64,000 nucleotides of DNA, from positions 101,308,001 through 101,372,000 of the forward strand of contig OZ024744.1 in NCBI GenBank assembly GCA_964016885.1, read 5' to 3'. Made by a program: the position numbers and the translations under genes. This stretch comes from Eledone cirrhosa. Lineage: Eukaryota. The notes under the pieces are model-generated. The model searched no databases. It saw only the letters and a program-made list of their open reading frames with translations, and had not been told where the DNA came from. This document shows, one piece after another, positions 1 to 13,700 of the stretch; position 1 is the first letter of the stretch, and the number at the start of each line of letters is the position of its first letter.

Positions 1-809
1 TTAGTTATAATTCTCTTGAAAGACAGGTCAGTGTAGAGAGAACTGTTTAGTCTTGCAGGAAGCACGGCAACCTTTCTCTCTCTAGGGTCACAATAAAATG
101 CACCCAGTACATTCTATAAAGGGACTCCAACTGCAAAGCAGAAACTTTGAATAAGAACTGACTCAGACTATGGCAACCCATGCCAGCATGAAAAGCAGGC
201 ACATAAATTATGATGATGGTGATAGTACACCTCTGAATTTGAAATTGTTTGTTTTTTAATTTAAAATATACTCTTCCCAATGATAGCCAATTTAACAAAA
301 GAAAAAAAAAAACTGACTTATCTTAGGAAATTTCCAAATAATATGAAAATATTAAATGTTGGTTTTTAATTGCATTTAACAATTTTTTTTAAATGTTCTT
401 AAGTTAGTAATTCAAAGTCTTTTAATTAAAAGTACAAACAACAAAGGAACTAATCAAACATTGTACATTTCAAGTATACCAAGAATTCAAAATATTAGGA
501 GATTAACAATCTTAAATGAAAACTAAAATATACATTAACAATCATGAGGGAGGAGAATAAAAGCAAAATGACAGCATTGTTCAATATTTATTTATTTATC
601 ACATGTACACTTAATGAAATAAAAATAAATTTCAAAGTATCTGTAAAAACTATTTACAATTGAAAGACAGACACTAAAAATTCCTTACCTTTTCAACTGA
701 TTGCCTTTGGAAGTTAACAAATAAAATTTTTGAATTTTCTAGATTATTTTTTTAAGAATGCCATTAATTTTTGTACAAAATGCATTCTAATTGTTAAAGT
801 CATACTCAC

Positions 810-890
810 GTAACAGGCTGGGATGGATCATCTGCTAATTCCACTTCCTCTCCTTGGATTTCTTGAAAACATTTTTCACAATATACATAT
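810..890 (-). CDS. CREBBP: CBP exon 15 (RING)
   Basis: [27 protein letters not shown]; TTTAG acceptor, GTGAGT donor. Confidence 0.95.
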
Positions 891-3800
891 CTAAATGTGA
901 CAAAATAAAAGAAAAAGTTTACATTTTTAAAATTATAAGCTTCAAATGAAATAAGACAATTTTAAAAAAATACCAAATAAACTATATTAAATTAACAATA
1001 CTAGTTTACTTCATTAGTGAGGAGTTGGTAAGAACTTGATATTGTACATTCAATAAAATCAGTGATACAAAATAGTAGTCACATTCCCAACACACTGATA
1101 GAAAACTATGGTTTTCAATGAACTAAATATAGATATGGTCGGGTAACTAAAATGAACTCTGATTTGATTAGATGGTTTGTTAGAATAGGGTATTATTTTA
1201 GACAAATCAGCACACAAAAATCTTATATGAATTAATACAACATCAATTTAGAATATTGATGATCACAGAAAGCTTTCCCAAAAAATTTAACTTTAAATAT
1301 AAAAGTATAATGATAGAATGTGATTGAACAAGAAAGGAAAAAATATTGGCAGAGAAAAAGTTGATAGTAATTTCAGACTTTCAATACGAAAAAGATTTAA
1401 ATGAGAAACCTCTTTTTTTGTGTAGCAGATAACAGTAAAGAAATATAAAATAAGAATTTTAAAATAAGTTAAAAGACTAGAAAAAAAAAAAGTATATCAA
1501 TTTACCTGTTTTGATAGCTATAATACACAGCATCCCTTGGAATAGTACATAATTGTTTTCCATAACAACAAAGCACTTGTGGACTAAAAACAAATTTTCG
1601 GCCACAACAATATCCAAGGGATTGCATCACCTGATCGATCTCACCCTCAAAAACTTCAGCTAACTGAAATACAAAATGAAAAATATTAAACATTAATATG
1701 GATACTTAAAATATTTTACTCTTAAAATTCAGGACAGGATGAGATTCAATAACATACTACTTTCATAAATATTTACGCATCTAAAAATTTATATTTTGGA
1801 ATCTTACCTTTGAGCAGTATTTATAAACTCTTGATGTTTTTCTATTATATAGCCATGCATTATCAAACATGAGCCAAACATCTTCAACATACTGCCATGG
1901 GTCTTGGTACTGCCCTGTATCAAGTTTTCTTTTGATAGTGGAGAGGTCCATGGGCTTCTTAATTATCATAAAATAATCCTGTAAAAGAACAGTTACTAAT
2001 AATATCATTTCTTAAATATAGTTAAAATTTTACCAATTGCTAACATAAACCCATTAAATGAGTATTTCGACAACGGCCTGGTAAGAGCAGTTATTTTCTA
2101 TGACTTCTACAGATCATAAATTGTTCCAACATTACATGAAGAGTCCACAACTAGTTTTGGGATTTATAATATGCAATAAAGACATATACTTTGAAACTAT
2201 TGATAACAGATACCAAGTAAATAAACTATAAGCTCTATACCAAATTCTACAAAATCAAAACAGTAAGAAGACTACAAACTACTGAACTATTTTACATCAA
2301 TCTATCACCATTTTATAGCAACTATTTAATTATATTAATTTCCATTTTTAATAAAATAATCCAACTCTAGATATGGAAGAATATTCCTTAGGCATGAAAT
2401 GAAAATCTAAATCTTTGAACTAGAAAACATATTAGATAGAAAATTGACCACAATCTGATAGATAGACCAAACAAAATTAAGAATCATAAACAATATGAAA
2501 CAAACTCCCAACACAAATTATATATATATTTTTAAAAATGATTAGAAATTACCTAATTTTACAAAAAGCATATAAAACAATGTATGATCAAAAAATTTTC
2601 CAAGTCATAACTTAAATATTCCCTTGAAGTGAAAAAGCAAATTGAAACCAGAATAACATTTTATGCAACTGGAAACAGTGAAGACACTAGATAAACAGAT
2701 ATACTCAACCTCAAAAACTGTCATAAGGGCTCAAAGATTTCTAGCACCTCTCTCCATTATACATGGATGTACTTCAAATAGATACACTTAAAATTGATAT
2801 GCTCTTTTGAGTTTACCAACTGACCTTAGAATGTTTCCACCATTTCTTGTCCTGTGTTTGTGTTAGACAGGGGAGCTGTTCCAGGAGAAAAAAATAATAC
2901 AAACATTCCAGGGTCAGTCAGTAAAAAAAAAGAAAAAAAATCAGCAAAGTATTTCAACTAAACTATTCTATTTAAATGTGTATGTAGTTGAAAGATCCAA
3001 AGGAATTGGGTGGTGGGAGGAAAAATACAATAAATGGAAACAAAAGTAGAAAAATATGTTGCAATAAATGTTCAAATGTTGGAAATCTACTTAGGTCACA
3101 ATCACATAAAATAATATAAAATGATGCTGTAATGTATTGAAGAACATTTAGTACCTTTGTTCTGATTAGTTTTTAAAAGTTAGTATATTAAACTACATAA
3201 GCAAAGTTAAAAAATATGAAACATATGAGGGAAAAACTAGATAATTATAAAACTTATTAGCAGTTGTCTACATATCTTTATATTATTATTTTTAAAAATT
3301 TTCTATAAGTGCAATTAGATACATTTTGAAAAGTAAAATTATCAACTAAAAATTCCTCTTACAAAAAAAAAATACTTTATTTACATTCACTGATACTAAT
3401 ATTTTTTGTTTTTAACTTCTTGAAATGACTGTGGGATGACACCCAAAAATAAAATTTGGCACATTTTACTTAGCTGCTAAAGAAATCTAACAATATAACT
3501 TACCAATGCTAGTAATATAGTTATCTTTTACATTGACATTTGGCTACAAATTTACAGTAAATATTTCATTGACCCCCATGAGGAAGAAATGTATAAAAAG
3601 TCTCTTGGGGGGGTTTGAATTCAGAATAGGACAGAACTTAATACTGAAAAGCGTTTAGTCCAGCCAACTACTGTTTCTGTCGCTCAACCAGCCTATAAAA
3701 ATTTAATATCAAATTGTACTATATGAATGGAATTTAGAGCCAAAGATTCTAAAGATAATTTAAACTTAGTTATTATCATTATCATCAAGAAGAGAATTAA

Positions 3801-6800
3801 AAAGTGTTAAAAATGACTACAAAAATGAAATATCTGAAATAGGAAAATATATAGCAGGATCTATAGAAAGTGAACTGAGAGGGGGAAATATAGTTAAGAA
3901 AAAAGAAAAAGAAAAAAAAGAGTAAAAAAGAAAAAAAATGGAATGTAATTTATTTTTTACTTAGTTTAAAAGATATTTTGTTTGTTTGTGTGTGAGCATG
4001 TGTATGTATAAAAGTAAAAGATTAATATCCCCAACTGGCTAATTTGTGCAGCTTTCATAAAAAATATTCTAAAGAACTAAATACATATATAGACCATGAT
4101 CCTGAGGTGTACTTGGGATTCACAGTCCTGGAAAAAGAAAAAAGTTTCAATTTAATATTTACAGTTATTTCTGTCAGTTCAGTTAACTTCTAAGAGTTGC
4201 TATTTTAATTCCCTTCATCTTATTTTATTTTCAAATATTATTCCTTTTAGCATGCAGAAAAAAACCATCAAAATACTGTGAATACTTCAGTAACACACAC
4301 ACATTCCTTCCCAAAATTTAGAACCTACTTACAATTGAATATAAGACAAAATCAGATTTCCTTCAATTTTCCAAGACAGATCTAACTGAATGAATTAAGA
4401 TTAACCAAATAATTCCAATAAATTTCTAAACGATGAAAAAAATAGTGTAACCAACAAATTTAAGCAAAGGTGAATACGATATAAAAAGGACCAAGATCCT
4501 TAATGCCTTCTATTACAACTGTTAGTTTAATCATAAAATAAACTGGAATAAAGACATTTACATACCAGTTCTACACACACAAACCATTTTCATGCTCACC
4601 ATATACAGACAGACAATGCACACATTAAAATTAACTGATTGTTATGAAACCAAATTTACGAAAACTAGGTTCCATGTTTTAAACATTTCGTGGAAAAAAC
4701 CCACTCTGTAAACAATAAAAATAGAATATATTATATATGTAATAAATACTTATTTATCAATATCTAATTATTTTTTTTGCCACAAACATTGTATATAATG
4801 TTGAAACAATAAAATTTGAAGACTGGTCACTAATTAAGAATTCAGTCATTTAATTATGTGAGATGATTAACATACACAACACAATTGAGATAAAATAAAA
4901 CATACTTACCTCCATTCTTAATGACATCCATTAAGATGTACAATAGAAAAATGGAATTCATTCACATATTGTACATAGTATTTGAAATTATTCAAAAGAA
5001 ATCCTCCAAATAACAAACAACATTTTCATATCCTTACCTATCGATTTTTTAAATTATTGTTTTTATGAAGTTGATTCATTACCATTTAAATTTCACCCAG
5101 TGATTTTATCAATTTATCAAATATATTTAATGTCAATTAAATTTCTAAACTCGATTCTATTCATTTTCTTTCATAATTACACACCTTTTTAATATTTATA
5201 AATATAATGCCATTGATATCACATATTTTTGCCATGTCAAAAGAAATGTAGAATCAAGATAATTGAATATACTATAAATTATGTCTTCACTTTAAAAAAA
5301 AAAATACTAATAAAGAATTGTGTTTTCAAGTGTGAATCCAAGAGCATAACTAATTACAGTTTTGAATTAATTTGCTATTTTAAAGTGATCTTTTATAATG
5401 ACAGAATTGTAATAACTGAAAGATTTTAAACATATTTACTTTTTACTTTCTCGCAGGAAAATATAAAGTTATTTTGTTCATAAAATGTATTTATAGAAAA
5501 ATAGACAATCTAAAAGTTGAAGTAAAATTATTTGAAAAATGCTAATTTGCCAATTTTTACTTACTGGAATCTGCAAAAGACTGGGATCGACAGGCTGTCT
5601 GAAGGGTAAAGATTCTGGATCCTGTCGATAAAGTTTCTCCAATGTTGGCATTAATGCCTGCCTCAATTCATCCGGTTTGAAAACTATAAATATTTTTAAA
5701 AATTTTGAAGTTTAAAATGGATATTTATTTACTTTATAACAAATATGTTAATTTTGTTTTCTTCTTTCTTTAAAATTATAATTAGAATGCTGAAAAAATC
5801 TAAAATAATAAAAAATACAAAAAATTATAAAACATATTACCTTTTTTGGATTTAGGAGGAGTTGAAGATCCTGGGGTTGTTGTTGCTAATGGCCCACCGA
5901 GAACATTAGCTTTTGTGTCTCCGCCATTTATATTTTCAGGATTTCCACTTGTTGTCGACTCGGGACTCTGTTGCTGGTTAGTAGTTTCGACAGGTTCTTC
6001 TTTAACCTGAGGTAAAGTCAATGGATCTTCTTTTATATCAGCTCTAAGTTCAGATTTCATATCTGATATTTCTAACTTAATATCCTGTTTTGGATATTCT
6101 GGTTTAATTATCTCGTCATCTTTAATAAACTCATCTTTCATGAATTCAAATTTAATTTGGGTAGGTTTGATCTCTGTCTTAATTTCAGCAGGAGTAACAG
6201 TTGTATTAGTTGCCGTTGTAGTAGCTGTCATCACTGAAGACACACTTGTAGTTGTAATTGTGGTCGTAGTTACGGTTGATAAGGCTTCAGACAAGCACAA
6301 TCCTGACTCTTGTTTCACTTTTAATTCTGGTAAGGGATGGTCAACAGAGTCCTAAAAAGAAAGTTAAAAAGTTAACAAAACAATTTGTAAACTAATTAAA
6401 ATATTGGAAATATAATTTACAACTTTACTATAACATAGTTATTTCATATTGCAAAAATTGAAAAGAGAAATTATTTTCCCGCAAAAAAAATTTCTATCTA
6501 AATTTTAAAACATTTACAAAATTTCAACAATTTTAACAATACATACAGGTAATTGTTTTCCTTTTGACATAACTTCAGGCATGGACTGATTTGATTGTTG
6601 AACCTGCTGCTGTTTTGGTGTTAAAGGTTGAGGCATTTGTGGAGTAAGAGCTTTCTGGCCAGTACCTCCTTGCTGAATAGGAGGCAAGACCTTTTGTGGT
6701 GTATTTGACTGCGGTGTTGAGGGTTGTGATAAGGGTTGTTGCTTAGGAGTGTGTTGCTGCTGTGGCTGAGCTTGTGGTGTTGGTGGCTTTTGCTGCTGGG

Positions 6801-7324
6801 ACTGTTGTTGAGTTTGAGACTGTAAGGAGTTTAGCTGTTGAGACTGTTGAGAAACTTGTGGTGGCTGTTGCACTGTCTGCTGTTGTTGTTGTTGTTGTTG
6901 TGTTGGAGGTTGCTGTGGTTGCATAGCTTGCTGTTGTGATTGTAGAGGCATGGATTGTTGTAACTGAACTTGCTGTTGATGTTGTGACAGTGTGACTGCT
7001 TGCTGTTGACTTGTTGAAGGAAGAGTTGGAAGAGTTTGTGGTGCAGCTATTGGTTGATGACTTTGAGCCTGTGCTTGTACAGCTGTTTGCTGAATTGGTA
7101 TGGTCTGAGATTCAGTAAGCAGTCCGCTTAGCTGAGAAGAAATTTGAAGAGACTGGAAAAAGAGAAGTGATTATAATTATTTTTGAAAGACTAAATTGAA
7201 AGATGGAAAATACACAATAAATGTAAATACATATGAAAAGAAAATATATATATATATATATATATGTAAATACATATGAAAAGAAAATATATATATATAT
7301 ATATATGTAAATACATATGAAAAG

Positions 7325-7358
<34 letters not shown>

Positions 7359-7574
7359 CTATAGTTATATCGTGTAGCTTTGCCTAACAAATGGGAGATA
7401 TAGGTTCGTCATTCTTTAGTAAATATCTTGAAAGACTAGTAGACTAAAATGCCCAAATGAAAACAATCTGGTAAATGGTAAACACTTCATCTTCAAGAAG
7501 TAAATAAAGAATTGTGGTAGTCTATGCTTATAACTATGTACAATATTGACAATGAGAGATCGTACACAAATATA

Positions 7575-7625
<51 letters not shown>

Positions 7626-10600
7626 TCATTTAACATCCATTTTCCTTGCTAACAAGTGTTGAACATTATATATATAGCTCCAATAATACAATCTACATCC
7701 AGTATGAAACCAGCTGGTAACCTTACACAATACACAGATTTATATGACCATAGTATACAACTATACACATACACACATAGTTACATAAACAGTATACATT
7801 TATAAGGCAATCTTCAGATCTTAAGGCTGTTTAATAAATTGCATACCTATGTTTATATACACTCACAGAGTTGTTATTGTGGCCTACTGCAATGCAGTAA
7901 CAATAACAAGATACCGAAATGTTACCCTACAAATATTTAATTAAATTGGTTCTTATATTTCAGGTGTTATGATAATTATTGTATATACATTAAAGTGGAA
8001 TACAGAAAATGTTATGAGGAGTAATTTATACATTAGGCTGCCACATGGGTTCTACAGGCCCCTTGTGTCAGACAGAGTTGACCTGTACAGAAAAATTCAA
8101 CCAAGTTCTTTGATATGATGAATAGTAACTACAAGGACTTAAGTGAAAGTGAGAGAAATTATCCTTCCATAACAGTCACTGGTTCTCATTCAATTCTGGT
8201 CGGTCATTAATAGTCGGCCTATGTTATAGAAATGGCTTCTTTTACAGTTCACACCCTAGATAGTGACTGAAAAGCTCATATATTTCTGCATTTTCAAGGA
8301 GCTTTTTGAAAGATGATGTGCACATGGTGCAACTGTATTTTGCATACTACATAAGTTTGTGAGCATATGTCCGGGTTGTAGAAAGGTCAGAAGGCGGTAT
8401 GCATGGATTTCTGTCATCTTAACGACAAGGAGGGTCCTGAGCAGGACAATGGTATATCTAGCCAATGGAGAGTAGTTATACACCCATTAAAGTGCGATAA
8501 CCTCAGAAAACAGTCATTGAATGAGTTCTTTCAAATCATTGGCTTGTGACCCTTGTATGCTTTAAACATGCACGCGTTTGTGTATATATATATCCCTGTC
8601 CAACCCATATCATCATCATTTAACGTCCATCTTCCACGCTAACACACCATCCTCATCATTTTTACATTCACCTTTTCATGCAGGCAGGAGTTTGACAAGA
8701 TGTTTTGAGTCAATGATGCCAAGCCTTTTAGTTGCCCCTAACAATATGCAGGGATACAGAGTTCTTATTCTAAAAACTGGGAGCACACACACACACACAT
8801 ATATATTAGCAGCAGCACTAACATAGCATCGTTCATAATAGATGTATATGAAGGTATATACATCTCTATTACAGATATACATGTATAAATATATATACAT
8901 ATACATGTATATATATATATATAAAGTGGTTGGTGTTATGAAGGACTTCGCAATATGACCATCTCACTAGTGCTGGTGCCAAGAAAAATGTGCTCCATAG
9001 AGTGCAGGAATGCACACAAGTGAAGAATCTCATTTGAAGTAGGCACTGCTTGAAATTGAAGATGAAATCACTCCCATGAAAAGTAGAAGACAGAGAGAGA
9101 TAAGCCAGGACTATTACAAAAAAAAAATCTAAATCCTTCTATAAATTTGCAAAATTTGCTTCAGTACACTAAGAGATTTATAAAAATGGCTCATTGACTG
9201 CAGAACACCAAGAGATAAGTGAAATACAGAGCAATCAATACCGAAATATTTTCACACCTCCATTAGAATACATGCAAATAAATTTTAATATCATGAAGGA
9301 AGATGTAACATCAGCCATTGATGAAACTTAGCTACTTGTCCAAATAGGTTCTCAAATTCCTTAAAAAACCACGCAAACAAGCCATAAAACCACTGCTTAT
9401 CTTTTTCTAAATTTTTCTTTGCAAGTGGTAAACTGTCTAGAAAGTTAAAGGAAGTAATAACATGCCTTATCCATAAAGAAACAGAGCAAGTTATCAGAGG
9501 GAAATTTATCACGGTCCTGGAGGAAAATTACTTGTTAACTAACGTGTAGCCTAACTTAGCTGTCAAGTATTATGACTGGGTGTTGAATCAGTTGTCAAAT
9601 TTCTCAAACATGGATGAGATATATCTCGACTTTGCAAAAGCCACAGATAAGGTTATGCCACTAAGTGGTCTCAGTATATAGTTGGAAAACTAGGAGAGTG
9701 ATTACATGTTTTCTTAAAAGACAAACTAGGCTGTTGCAATAAATGGAGCCCTCTCAAATGAAACGCAGTCTCTCAGGGAACTATTTTAAGATCAAGAAAT
9801 CAAAAATCTTATTGACGCCAATCTCCTATTGTGAGATTTAAATACAAGATACAAATAGGCTGAAGAAAGTAACATGTAACAGAATACAGGAAAATGTCAA
9901 GCTCTTTTCTATCAGCCCACACTGCAACGAAGGTATTCTGAATATGGGAATTGATATTGAGCAATTGCGCTTCATTCCATTTACATATCACCATGGTGGC
10001 TGCAATCTGCAGATGACCAGCCAGGTGGATTCTGAAGTCATTCAGAACAAGAGATCACAGTAGTAAAGGAAACACCTTAACAAAAATGTCATATCTATAT
10101 GTATGTGTGTATACACAGTGTAACTTATTCATTTCATTTCATTTTTACGTCCACTTTTTCCTGCTTGCAAGGGTGGGACGGGAACTGATTCTGGCTTGAT
10201 TTCTACAGCTGGATGCCCTTCCTAACACCAACCTCATTTTTACAGTGAGTGCTGGGTGTTTTTTTGCCGTGGCACCTCCACGACCACTTTGCAGTGGAAT
10301 GATATGGACCCCAGTCCCTATCATCTCATTTCTACAGCTGAGTAAACTGGAGCAATGTGAAATAAAGTGCCTTGCTCAAGGAAACAACACATCACCCGGT
10401 CTGAGAATTGAACTCACAACCTTTCGATTGCAAGGCGAATGCTCTAACCACTAAGCCATGTGCCTCCATATATTTATTATATAAAGAAATGTCTAAATGC
10501 ATTAATAAAAACAAATCAATTCACTATGCTTGTATTTAACAAATATAGTATTTGTTAAAAGTCGTGATTTGAAAAATAGAAATTGAAAAAAGAAATACAT

Positions 10601-10711
10601 ATTTTCATCATTTAGGAAAGATAACGAAGGGTAGACTGAAAATAACTTATTATTTTACTCTCTTTATGATGTCAAAAATGGCATCAGACACTAGTCCTAA
10701 CAACACACTGG

Positions 10712-10778
<67 letters not shown>

Positions 10779-13700
10779 AACATACACACAGTAAAGCACA
10801 ACATATATACACCCTAAACAATTAACAAAAATAAAACCTCGATGGTTTTAATGTTTACTATTCATCAAGAATATAGCTTTGTTACAACTTTAGAGCTTAA
10901 AATATTGACCTAAATACATTGTACTGATGGTGATCTAATACTTATTGCAATATTTGTGGAAGATGTAGAAGAAATTTTAGTTATGGAAGCAAAACCTAAA
11001 CTCCAATACCATTGGAGAAATGGCTGCACTGTGTGTAGAAAAGGATTAGGCAAGAATTCTATATGGTGTAACCAATGTCAACTATGTGTATGCAAGAGGT
11101 ATAGTTTGTGAGAGATGCACAGGGGTAGTTAGTAGTAAAACCTCAATTGGAGGGTGACCAAGGAAGACATGAGCACTGGTGGTAAAAGCTGATCAAGAAT
11201 CTAGACCTCACACAGAAGACAACAAAGGAAAGAAACAAGTAGAGAAATGGACTGCAGAAGACTCGTCTAACTTGTGGAATCATGGGAAAATCGACATGAA
11301 AACGATGATGATGATGGATGCAAATAACCTTTAAAATCTCAAATAGTTCTCAGTGGTTTAAATAAATAAAAGTTTGTTAGAATTTCATAACATGTAGGCT
11401 CCCAAGCTACATTCCCTCATTTTATCCCAGGGTCTCTATGATTTTGTAATTTATTTCAATATGCACACCATATTCTTTTTACTATATGATATGTGAGGTA
11501 AGGGTGACATAAAGAGTGTTTTGTTTTAACTCACAACTTACAAATGGGTCATTTGGCAGCTGAGTTCATTTTACAACCTAAGGCCCCACCAATAGATCAT
11601 GTTACAATCTAAGGTCACACACAGCTCGAGTGGGTTAGCTATAACATTTTAGGGAAATCGAATGATACCTCCCTCCACCCTGGCACAATATGGTCATGTG
11701 TGAGACCAAATTGTTAAAATGTTTGTTTCCAAAACAAAACCAGATCAAAGTGAAAAAAATTTCAAAAGCAATGTTCGACAAACATGCTACATGTTTATTT
11801 TGTCACTGCCAACACAAAAAGCATTTAACATTATACCTCTAACCTGATTCTAAATCTTCAACCAAAGACAATATTACTATAAAATCATTATTGCCTAAAG
11901 GCAACCAGACTGGCAAGGAAATAAATATAAATTTACCCATAGTGGAGGATATTGTGATAGATCACAATCATCCCCATTTGGACAGAAGAATATCAAATCT
12001 GACCAGCCTACTCCATTACTGAAAAATAAAGTAGGCAGCACACTTTTGTTTCTTATTAAATTAAGGTATAAATAACCAATTAACATTTTCAAGTAAAAAA
12101 GGGAAAGATACTTCATAGATTTTAATAAAGTATATATTTTTTACATAAATCTATATATGTTCCCCTTTAAATGTATTAGTGCAGTCATCGTTCCATGTAA
12201 CTACATTGCTGATTCTATTGGAAAGCCATTCAAATGATTTTAATATAGAAATATATTGAAAACGATAGAAGAAAGAAATCTTATGTCTTTTCTAATAGTC
12301 CTCACTTCACTAAATTAATGCTGCATTTTTGCTTGTTAAATATAAATGCCAAATAATGTCTGTCCTCCACCCAACTTTCTGAAGTCATATTTTACAGAGA
12401 TAACAATTTTCAAAGATATACAATATAATTATCTTGATGTAAATATATATTAGAAAATCTATGACATTATCCTTATATTAGTCATTATCAACATGAAATT
12501 GGAAGGTATGAAAACATTTGTAGGTTTATGTTTAGCCTAAATAACACAGATTGAAAGTATATATCAATGAAAACATGCAATAATGAAAGTACAGATAAAA
12601 ATAAATGAAAAACAATGTTTGTCAGCATAATCATGATTTACACTTTCAAAAACACATTAAAATTTTCATTAAAAAAATGCATTAAGAAAGTTATGAAGAA
12701 ACAAATTCAGTAAGTGGTAGCATAAACTGCAGTTTTGCCTTATAAGTCATGCAATAATAGTCAAAATATCTAAATTAATTGTTGAAAAACATTTGTAGAA
12801 ATGGTCTACTGTTCCAGATGAAAGTTTTCACAGGAATTTATGGCCAGTGGCCACTTTATTTTGAAAACATAACCACAGAAATTAGACTAGATTGAGTTAG
12901 ATGCATAAATTCTTGTATTTATTATAATACTCTAAATTGTATGTTTACTAAATTTTATGTGTCAATCTGAGTAACTGGGATTAGCTAGAATTGCTTTTAT
13001 ATACACACACACACATGGTTGGAGTTTTGGACTCCAACCATGTGTGTATATATAAGATCAGATAGAGAGTTATGCTTTTAAGCAAGATACTTCAACTCAT
13101 GTTTCTTTTTGTGATAGGGATGTGAGTCTCTATCATGAAAATGCCACTTTCTACTCACAAACACAATGGTTAATGCTTTTGATACCAACCCAATGAAAAC
13201 CAGTTCTGGTTCTATGAAACGAAACACCCATTTTAAAGGGTTCCTATTTAAAATAAATCTTCAAAGTAATTTGATATAAGAACCATGTTAAATCTCTAAC
13301 TTGGTTAAGAAATAATCATTTCAGAAAACCCCTCAAAATGTTCATAATCTAACTAAAATAGAATGCATTTCATTAGAAATATAGTCATGAAAGTGTTGAA
13401 GCTATGTCTTCTAAGAAAATTTTTAATTATCATTTCCTGAAGCAAATTTCAGTGATTTGAATTTTTGATTTACATGCCATTAGAATTCTCAGTGTTCGAT
13501 AGCTAAAAATTGAGACTTAAAGTTTCTAAGTTTGGTGTGATGATGGGTACTAGATACACACACACACTCATATACACATATGTTCAGAGATAACCTAAGC
13601 CTGGGTTCTGTGGTAGCATTTTAATGCATATTGCCTAGCATTGACGTGATATATCTTTAAGTTCCATAATTATTGTCAAACTGTAGAGGGTTTGCAAGTT

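Noticed and set aside
4900-5045. Two strong minus-strand donor-like sites (GAG|GTAAGT, TAG|GTAAGG) in the bromodomain intron
   Set aside because: No convincing upstream acceptor or open frame; exons 12 and 13 join correctly without them
7900-8550. Possible Tc1/mariner remnant ([10 protein letters not shown] resembling QDGAPCH)
   Set aside because: Single weak motif, no TIRs found; not supportable without a database search
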